From IMG/VR virus record IMGVR_UViG_3300031963_000196, positions 1 to 54,397 of that record: DNA of 54,397 nt. One strand, given 5' to 3'. The stretch's first letter is position 1. Each line of letters opens with the position of its first letter. Both the position numbers and the translations under genes were made by a program. The notes under the pieces were generated by a model. It did not search any database, was not told the DNA's origin, and saw nothing but the letters and a program-made list of their open reading frames with translations. Below, piece by piece: positions 41,735-48,222 of this stretch. The stretch is from a virus. Taxonomy: Duplodnaviria; Caudoviricetes.

Positions 41735-41752
41735 TATATATCTTTCTAAATA
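41735..41752. promoter_or_regulatory. Back-to-back late-promoter-like motifs
   Basis: GATATATA on minus strand (41742-41735) and TCTAAATA on plus strand (41745-41752) in a 40-nt divergent gap. Confidence 0.45.
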
Positions 41753-41769
41753 CGTTGAACGTAAAAAAC

Positions 41770-43944
41770 ATGATAAGCATAGAAGATTTAACCAAAAGGG
41801 AAGAGTTATGGACACAAGGATATTGGGAAATTCCTGATGGACTTGATACAACTAATTTTAATTTTAAATGGCGACCATACAAACACGATAGACCCTATAT
41901 ACACCAGTTCGGAACGCAACATCAAAAAACAGGCGGACCTAGATTCGTCATACCAAATAGTGAAGGTATAAAATATCAAGACTTTCAACATGCAATAAAA
42001 TTACCTAACACAGATAATAGGTGTTGGAGACCTTTATTACCTAATGTTACTATAGATTCAAGTTGGCATCCTGACGAAACAGAACCTCCTTTCATATATG
42101 TGTTTGGTAATCAATGGCATGATGCAGAGACTATGCCATCATATCAATATAAAGTAAAGGGCGCTACAGAAAAAAAATATGTTACTGACTTTAAATCAAC
42201 ATTATTACCTTTAGAAGATAATAGATGCTGGAGACAACTTGTTCCTAATGCAACCATAGATAAAAGTTGGGTGCCACATCCCTTCGACCCACCGTACATT
42301 TACGTATTTGGTAATCAATGGCATGATGCAGAGGTCATGCCAACGTTTCAGTACAGAGTAAAAGGTGCAACTGATAAAAAATATATTAATAGTATTAAGG
42401 CTACATTATTGCCAAATAAAGATAATTGGATCATACCAGAAAACATAGATGATAATGGTTTTGATTACAGCTGGTGTCCTAATCCTTTTGAACCTCCTAT
42501 GGATTGGCAATTTGGTACACAATGGCAAAAAACGGGAGGTCCTAAATATAAAGTAGAAAATGCGTTAGCTACAAAATTTGTTGATTTTCAAAAAATTATA
42601 AAATTAAGTGACAAAAGTAATAGATGCTGGAGATCGATCAAACCAAATATTGATTTTGATTTTAGTTGGCACCCAGATGAAACAGAACCTCCTTTCATAT
42701 ACGTATTTGGCAATCAATGGTATGATGCAGAAACGATGCCGACTTTAATGTATAGAGTAAAGGGTGCTACAGAGAAAAAATACATTAATAATGCTAAAGC
42801 TAAATTATTACCTGATACAGAAAATAGAGCTTGGAGACCACTAAAGTCAAAATTAGTTATTGATTATAGTTGGGTTCCTGACCCCTTTGATCCACCATAC
42901 ATTTACGTATTTGGTAACCAATGGTTTACCAGTAAAGAAATGCCTACTGCTCAATATAGAGTCAACGGAGCGACTAACTATAAATTTATGGACATGCAAA
43001 TAGTAAAATTTAGAATTGACGAAGTTTCATGCACTGATAGTATTTTTGATGCATTAGTTAATTCAACCACTGAAACAGACTATATTCAAGTTGGATCTGG
43101 TGTAATTGATCACGTAAAATACATGCCTAAACCAGATACCAATATTCATATCATAGATAATTCATATGCGATTGTACCTAAAGGGGCTATACCTTATTTG
43201 TATGATAAGCTACAAGATTATCCGTATATAAAATATCATAATGATGGGTATCAAAATAAACCACTTGATATTATTTTCTTAAGTAATGGCGAAAAGGGAT
43301 CAGAAGAAAATTATGAACATCTATTATCATTAGTAAAAGGTTTACCAAATAATATAATAGGATTGAAAGATATTAAAGGACGGGTGACAAGTCAACATGA
43401 AGCAGCCAACATTGCATCAACGCCTTGGTATTTTTTAATTAACGGTAAATGCAAGGTAAATCCTGACTTTGATTTTAGTTGGCAACCTGATCGTATGTGT
43501 ACTGCTAGACATTATATATTCAGAGCAACTAATCCTGTTAATGGTCTTGAATATGGTCATATGGCAGTGGTAGCTAACAATAAACGATTAACATTAAACA
43601 CTACAGGTAAAGGATTAGATTTTACATTAGATAGTCCGCATGCTATCGTGAATGTTAATTCTGGGATCGGCGTATTCAATACTAGCGAATGGGATACTTG
43701 GAGAACAACATTCCGTGAAGTTATTAAATTGAAACATAATGTAGAAACAATTAATGATAAAGCCAGCAAAGAAAGACTAGAAACATGGTTGACTGTAGCT
43801 AACGGAGACTATGCAGAATGGTCAATAAAAGGCGCAACTGATGCAGTAGACTATTATAATTCAGTAGATGGTGAGTTTGAAAAACTTAAATTAAGCTACG
43901 ATTGGGAGTGGTTAAGAACCAAATTTGATAGTTATAGACCCTAA
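41770..43944 (+). CDS. Repeat-containing glycosyltransferase-like protein
   Basis: Six ~67-aa W-x-P...PP.IY.FG.QW repeats, then a domain paralogous to 36444-37373 (IIFLSNGE, IKGR..QHEAA, NPVNGLEYG, WRTTFREVIKL); start at ATG 41770. Confidence 0.7.
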   Translation: MISIEDLTKREELWTQGYWEIPDGLDTTNFNFKWRPYKHDRPYIHQFGTQHQKTGGPRFVIPNSEGIKYQDFQHAIKLPNTDNRCWRPLLPNVTIDSSWHPDETEPPFIYVFGNQWHDAETMPSYQYKVKGATEKKYVTDFKSTLLPLEDNRCWRQLVPNATIDKSWVPHPFDPPYIYVFGNQWHDAEVMPTFQYRVKGATDKKYINSIKATLLPNKDNWIIPENIDDNGFDYSWCPNPFEPPMDWQFGTQWQKTGGPKYKVENALATKFVDFQKIIKLSDKSNRCWRSIKPNIDFDFSWHPDETEPPFIYVFGNQWYDAETMPTLMYRVKGATEKKYINNAKAKLLPDTENRAWRPLKSKLVIDYSWVPDPFDPPYIYVFGNQWFTSKEMPTAQYRVNGATNYKFMDMQIVKFRIDEVSCTDSIFDALVNSTTETDYIQVGSGVIDHVKYMPKPDTNIHIIDNSYAIVPKGAIPYLYDKLQDYPYIKYHNDGYQNKPLDIIFLSNGEKGSEENYEHLLSLVKGLPNNIIGLKDIKGRVTSQHEAANIASTPWYFLINGKCKVNPDFDFSWQPDRMCTARHYIFRATNPVNGLEYGHMAVVANNKRLTLNTTGKGLDFTLDSPHAIVNVNSGIGVFNTSEWDTWRTTFREVIKLKHNVETINDKASKERLETWLTVANGDYAEWSIKGATDAVDYYNSVDGEFEKLKLSYDWEWLRTKFDSYRP
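41821..43010 (+). repeat. Intragenic ABC-ABC repeat array (603-nt period)
   Basis: Near-identical DNA at 42061 vs 42664 and at 42265 vs 42868, both offset by 603 nt. Confidence 0.85.
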
Positions 43945-43948
43945 ACAC

Positions 43949-43977
43949 TTGATTTTAACTAAATATTAGTTTATAGT
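43949..43977 (+). promoter_or_regulatory. Sigma70-type promoter with palindromic spacer
   Basis: TTGATT-N17-TATAGT; spacer contains AACTAA-ATA-TTAGTT and an ACTAAATA late-like motif. Confidence 0.5.
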
Positions 43978-43986
43978 GTGTAAGTT

Positions 43987-44124
43987 ATGGGTCCAGAACA
44001 ATTATATTTTATTATCGGATTTTTATTAGGTGTCATGTTAATGGGATGTATAACATTGGCATTGTTGTTATTATATCATGAATGGATTAAAAAATCTGAT
44101 CCCAAAGATGATCTATTTGATTGA
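43987..44124 (+). CDS. 45-aa single-pass membrane protein
   Basis: Not in ORF track: MGPEQLYFIIGFLLGVMLMGCITLALLLLYHEWIKKSDPKDDLFD; hydrophobic helix with charged tail. Confidence 0.55.
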   Translation: MGPEQLYFIIGFLLGVMLMGCITLALLLLYHEWIKKSDPKDDLFD

Positions 44125-44166
44125 TCGGTCACACATAACATATTAGATTTAAAATTGTAGTATAAC

Positions 44167-44478
44167 GCCTAAGAAGAAAGATCGGACAAGACCCGGGGGC
44201 GGTACCCGGCCGGTCCACCAAAAGCATATATGAGGTCTCCCTTAGTTCGGTTGGGAGAGAAACGGCGAACACGGAATACCACTCTTCCGACGTGAATATC
44301 GGAATGCTTTTGATGGGCCGGAAATAGTATCGATTGACGAATGAGTATTCAAAGGATCTACACGGTAGGCGATGACCGTAAATCAAGCAAAACTATAACT
44401 GCAAACGCAGCTAACGATGAGGTTTTTGCTCTAGCAGCATGATCTCCGGGGCAACTATGCCTTGTTACCAAAAATAGT
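44167..44478 (+). ncRNA. ssrA: Circularly permuted (two-piece) tmRNA gene
   Basis: T-arm CCGGG-GGCGGTA-CCCGG plus CCGGTCC-ACCA (ends 44220) lies upstream of the 5' acceptor strand GGGCCGG (44315), giving 7 bp with G3:U70; tag ORF 44401-44442 ANAANDEVFALAA-stop after ATAACT; 3' pseudoknot. Outer ends approximate. Confidence 0.93.
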
Positions 44479-44504
44479 AATAGGGACTTCGGTCCCTATT
44501 TTTT
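44479..44504 (+). terminator. Rho-independent terminator (UUCG loop), possibly bidirectional
   Basis: AATAGGGAC-TTCG-GTCCCTATT followed by TTTT, between tmRNA and convergent ORF 44511. Confidence 0.85.
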
Positions 44505-44510
44505 GTATTG

Positions 44511-44708
44511 CTAAAAAGTTTTATTTGGAGTAAGATAATCTCTAAAACTACAACTACCTGTTACTTGAGTATTTTTTAAGTACAATGCTTGTACTGCTTT
44601 ATCTAACTCTTTTTTACATTCAGCTTCAGAAGTGTAAAAGTTTTGTACGCTACCCTTATGTCTATAAGGAGGTTCTGAACTTAAGACTATGATGAGTAAA
44701 AGCCACAT
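44511..44708 (-). CDS. Small exported protein (paralog of 45201-45386)
   Basis: MWLLLIIVL hydrophobic N-terminus; F.TSEAEC...GSCSFRDYL. Confidence 0.65.
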   Translation of the reverse strand: MWLLLIIVLSSEPPYRHKGSVQNFYTSEAECKKELDKAVQALYLKNTQVTGSCSFRDYLTPNKTF

Positions 44709-44709
44709 A

Positions 44710-44928
44710 TCAAGAGTTTTTAAACCGACTGCACATCATTTCAAAATCTTGTTGCCTTGAAGTGATTTGGCTATAACTTGCTTTTGGATTTCTTGCTCTA
44801 TATTCTGCTTTTTCTTTTTCAATACACGCATCATATTGATTAGTACACCCAGTTAGTATAGCACCAATCAAAGTTAAATATAGTATAAAACACCCCCAAA
44901 CAAAAAATTCGAATGCCCAATCTTTCAT
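44710..44928 (-). CDS. Small putative lipoprotein
   Basis: Hydrophobic leader ending ILTG-C lipobox; AAGGAG RBS; two further Cys. Confidence 0.6.
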   Translation of the reverse strand: MKDWAFEFFVWGCFILYLTLIGAILTGCTNQYDACIEKEKAEYRARNPKASYSQITSRQQDFEMMCSRFKNS

Positions 44929-44939
44929 AAGATGCTCCT

Positions 44940-45191
44940 TTAATAAAATACCATTGGTCTAAAGGTTTTGTCAATAACAGTTGGTCTTGAGTTTTTCTCA
45001 TTGCTCCCAGCATAATAAGTTGCGGGTTCACTTTCGTAATTTATAGTAAACCCTGTAACCTTGTTATCTTTGACTAATGGTACAATTTCGCAAATTTTTT
45101 TCCCAGTACATTCTTCAATGTACTGTGTAAGAATTTTTTTAACTTGATCTAATTCAAGTGTTGAATTCATGTCAATTAATATATCTTCCAT
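44940..45191 (-). CDS. Hypothetical protein
   Basis: 83 aa, AGGA RBS, tightly packed among minus-strand ORFs. Confidence 0.55.
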   Translation of the reverse strand: MEDILIDMNSTLELDQVKKILTQYIEECTGKKICEIVPLVKDNKVTGFTINYESEPATYYAGSNEKNSRPTVIDKTFRPMVFY

Positions 45192-45200
45192 TTTATTATC

Positions 45201-45386
45201 CTATAAGTATGATCTATAACTGCACGAAGTTTTAATTCTATTGTTTTTAAAACTTTGTAGATTATCAAATCTATCTTTAGCTTCCATACATTCTTCTTTA
45301 GTGTTAAATCGTAATTCTATTGATCCAGTGGTTTTTGTGTCCAAAGGACTTTTTACAAAAATGCTTATAACTAGTAATGCCCACAT
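45201..45386 (-). CDS. Small exported protein (paralog of 44511-44708)
   Basis: MWALLVISI hydrophobic N-terminus; FNTKEEC...TSCSYRSYL. Confidence 0.65.
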   Translation of the reverse strand: MWALLVISIFVKSPLDTKTTGSIELRFNTKEECMEAKDRFDNLQSFKNNRIKTSCSYRSYL

Positions 45387-45387
45387 A

Positions 45388-46032
45388 TTATTTCCTATAT
45401 AAGTAGTTTACAAAATTCAGTAATAGTTCCCCATGAGTATCACCATGATAATGTTTACGCATCCAACTATAACCATCATACCAGTGCTTTTCGCTTTCTG
45501 GATGACACCCGATTAATCCTACATTATTCTGTATGATTGCCATTGGGTCGTTGTTCTTGTATACTGCAATAGTCTCATACTTGCTACTATCGCCTTCATA
45601 TGAACACCCGTCATAAAAATACATACCCATTTCTTGACCTAACCAGTTAACATAAATGTTTTTAGCATGAGGTCTTTTTGTATCGGTGTTGGGTCGTGTT
45701 ATGTATTGTACTACTCTTACGCTATCAAGTAAACCTAAATAGTCTGTATCTGCCCAATATGCCCCCATGCATATTCCCAAATACTTACCACCTGACGCTA
45801 CAAAGTTACGAATTCTTTGCCCGTTCGTTCGCATTAAGTACCTAAACGTATCACTGTCTCCGATGCCTCCTGGAATCGCTATCATATCTACATCATCAAA
45901 AAAATCATCTTCAAGCTCATGTTTAGTAAAGATTTTAAAACGGTAATGTGGACTTAGGGCTTTGATTATTCCGTTCCCGCTTTGGACAGAACATTTGGGT
46001 TGATGTAGGAATAACGCTATTGTTGGGGGCAT
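45388..46032 (-). CDS. Stand-alone BPL_N / class I glutamine amidotransferase-like protein
   Basis: IPGG oxyanion strand, FVASGGKYLGICMGAY nucleophile elbow, GCHPE; start probably ATG 46032 behind TATAAATA (46048-46041). Confidence 0.75.
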   Translation of the reverse strand: MPPTIALFLHQPKCSVQSGNGIIKALSPHYRFKIFTKHELEDDFFDDVDMIAIPGGIGDSDTFRYLMRTNGQRIRNFVASGGKYLGICMGAYWADTDYLGLLDSVRVVQYITRPNTDTKRPHAKNIYVNWLGQEMGMYFYDGCSYEGDSSKYETIAVYKNNDPMAIIQNNVGLIGCHPESEKHWYDGYSWMRKHYHGDTHGELLLNFVNYLYRK

Positions 46033-46053
46033 GATATACATATTTATAGCCAC

Positions 46054-46079
46054 AAAAAAGCCCCTTTCGGGGCTTTTTT
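46054..46079. terminator. Bidirectional rho-independent terminator
   Basis: AAAAAAGCCCC-TTTC-GGGGCTTTTTT. Confidence 0.9.
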
Positions 46080-46093
46080 ATAGTGAACCATAA

Positions 46094-46663
46094 TCAGAAA
46101 TTATGAGTCCAGGTTACACGGTATGCGTTCTTTTCCTCGCTGCTATCACCATATGCTTGGCTATAACGAAGACCTACGCTATCATTTTTGCTGATAGCAT
46201 ATGAAACCATAGCATGATAACGGGTGCTTTGAAAGTTCTGTGCATTGTCAAATGCATTACGATATCTAGTACCTACATCACCGCTGAATGCACCAACGAT
46301 TGGAAACTTTACACCACCTTCAACAGCATAGTGACTAAAACTTTCGTCAGTTCCTAACTTTTGTCCTAAACGAACACCGTAGTAAGAATTAACGTTTCCT
46401 ACAACTCTGAATCCTTGACGGGCACGAAGTTCAACTCCTGAACCTACTGCCCCTGTACCCCATTCACTTTGGTTAGTGTCAAGTTTAATACTGTAGTCTT
46501 GGCCACCTTCAGTCTTAGTACCGACTACAACACCAAATTTATCTTTAGTAGTACTGTCACTACGCTTTTCTTCTTGGTGATACTCAAATGTGGTATAACC
46601 TGCTGCTTGTGCTGTACCTGCTACTAACATTGCTGCTACTGCTAAGATTTTTACTAACTTCAT
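46094..46663 (-). CDS. Small outer-membrane beta-barrel protein (KdgM/OmpL-like porin candidate)
   Basis: Signal peptide ending AQA-A; alternating amphipathic strands; C-terminal YRVTWTHNF BAM signal; AAGGAG RBS. Confidence 0.75.
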   Translation of the reverse strand: MKLVKILAVAAMLVAGTAQAAGYTTFEYHQEEKRSDSTTKDKFGVVVGTKTEGGQDYSIKLDTNQSEWGTGAVGSGVELRARQGFRVVGNVNSYYGVRLGQKLGTDESFSHYAVEGGVKFPIVGAFSGDVGTRYRNAFDNAQNFQSTRYHAMVSYAISKNDSVGLRYSQAYGDSSEEKNAYRVTWTHNF

Positions 46664-46694
46664 TCTATTTCTCCTTGGTTAAAATTAATCGTAG

Positions 46695-46724
46695 ATTATA
46701 TATATCTCTGTAGTACCAAGTCAA
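46695..46724 (-). promoter_or_regulatory. Sigma70-type promoter for the beta-barrel gene
   Basis: TTGACT-N18-TATAAT. Confidence 0.65.
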
Positions 46725-46725
46725 G

Positions 46726-46750
46726 AAAATAGGCAACCGAAGTTGCCTAT
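46726..46750 (-). terminator. Rho-independent terminator of pstS-porin operon
   Basis: Minus strand ATAGGCAAC-TTCG-GTTGCCTAT-TTT. Confidence 0.8.
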
Positions 46751-46809
46751 GTTATCTGGTTACAAGTTCCAGAAGCACTCTATAATTGTGCTTGATTTAA
46801 GAATTTGGT

Positions 46810-48213
46810 TTAGAAGTTAAGTTGACTTCTAAACATAACGGCTTTATCGCCATTTACACGGCTTCCGGAACTTCCAACTAATGCATCAAACTTTGTATCA
46901 ACATAGTTGAGCATAAAACGTAAGTTATCTGTAGCGAACCAAGTTAGACCGTATGTCATTGCGGTAGCACGATTGGTTTTACCAGTAGCAACACTAATAT
47001 CACCGGCATCAAACTCGCTCATACGTACACCAACTTGCCATGCACCTTTGCCACCTTTGTCTATAGCATTTGCAGGTTTAATTGAACTAAACACTCCATC
47101 TTTATAGTTATAAGATTCACCAGTTAGATTATACAAGGCTTGTACATAGTAACCTTTGATTTCTTGATTTGAGCCTGTAGTAGGATCATATTTGAAATTG
47201 AATTGTTCTGCTTGTACTTTAAAAGCGTCATACGCAAATGCTGCTTCAAGACCTTGGCGTGTTCTAACAGTATCACCACTCAATGCAGTGCCAGTAAAGA
47301 AAGCACTCTGTGATCTACTTTCAGTTCTGCCACTTGCTGGAGCAACACCACTCTTGATATCACCTGTACTATATGCAGCACCTAGATGTGCAATATAAGC
47401 TTTGCTACCTTGCAACTCAGCGATATTAGTAGTGACACGACCAATGTAATCAAAACCATCATTTGTAGCGTCTTTGTTTGCACGACCACGACTTAATGCA
47501 AGTGCATAAGTCAAACCAGTTTTAGGCACACCATGAACCATAAATCCAGTTTCTTTTGAAGGAATGAACTCACCTTCAACTTGACCAATTAAACTACGCT
47601 CCATAAAGTCGATGTTGTTTGAACTAGTTAACTGTTCAAGGCTAAATGGCATTTTGAATACACCAAACTGAAATTGCATTTCAGGATTTGCTGCATAATT
47701 TACCCAAGCTACATCCACTAATGATGATGTAGATGACGCACCAACATCATTACCAAAGTTACCAACTATTTCATACTTGAAGTCTTTAGCAAACTGACCA
47801 CGAACACCAAATCTTGCACGACGAATTTCGGCTAAGTTTTGATATGCATCTGTGGTTTGACCTGTACCATAATCTGGTGTGTAGTATCGATAGTCCATGT
47901 GTACTCGACCGGTAAGCTGAATGGTATTGTTGCCATCTTTACTTTTGAGTCCAATTCCGTTTTCCATAACTGATCCATCATTAGCCTTTGTAAATCTTGA
48001 ATTGTTGTTGTCACGCAAATCTTTATCAATACGGGCAGCATTAAACTGTTTGTTCTCTAAACGCTCAGCGTGAGCTTCAATTTTTGTATTGTACTCTTGC
48101 TGAGTAATAATACCTTTTTGTAGTAAAAGATCAAGTGTATCTTTGTATTCGTCGGCTATAGCAGGTGATGCAAAGCACAATGCCATAGCAGCTATGATTG
48201 TAATTTTCTTCAT
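46810..48213 (-). CDS. oprP: Phosphate-selective porin, OprO/OprP family
   Basis: Signal peptide; GRVHMDY, EIRRARFG arginine ladder, G.FKMPFSLEQLTSSNNIDFMERS, GYYVQ..YNLTGE, C-terminal RSQLNF; directly after pstS. Confidence 0.88.
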   Translation of the reverse strand: MKKITIIAAMALCFASPAIADEYKDTLDLLLQKGIITQQEYNTKIEAHAERLENKQFNAARIDKDLRDNNNSRFTKANDGSVMENGIGLKSKDGNNTIQLTGRVHMDYRYYTPDYGTGQTTDAYQNLAEIRRARFGVRGQFAKDFKYEIVGNFGNDVGASSTSSLVDVAWVNYAANPEMQFQFGVFKMPFSLEQLTSSNNIDFMERSLIGQVEGEFIPSKETGFMVHGVPKTGLTYALALSRGRANKDATNDGFDYIGRVTTNIAELQGSKAYIAHLGAAYSTGDIKSGVAPASGRTESRSQSAFFTGTALSGDTVRTRQGLEAAFAYDAFKVQAEQFNFKYDPTTGSNQEIKGYYVQALYNLTGESYNYKDGVFSSIKPANAIDKGGKGAWQVGVRMSEFDAGDISVATGKTNRATAMTYGLTWFATDNLRFMLNYVDTKFDALVGSSGSRVNGDKAVMFRSQLNF

Positions 48214-48222
48214 GTCTATTCC

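Noticed and set aside
41730-41882. 51-aa N-terminal extension of the radical SAM ORF in the track
   Set aside because: Overlaps the divergent gene; the twitch motif begins right after ATG 41729
41821-43010. Repeats as CRISPR array or DGR template/variable pair
   Set aside because: In-frame coding repeats with mostly synonymous differences; no spacers, no adenine-specific pattern, no reverse transcriptase in the window
44183-44220. Possible stand-alone tRNA ending in CCA
   Set aside because: No D or anticodon arm upstream; the acceptor partner lies downstream at 44315, so it is the tmRNA acceptor piece
44129-44386. 85-aa minus-strand ORF
   Set aside because: Antisense shadow of the tmRNA gene; no RBS, and the plus strand explains the sequence
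44840-45031. 63-aa minus-strand ORF
   Set aside because: Overlaps two better-supported ORFs that have RBSs
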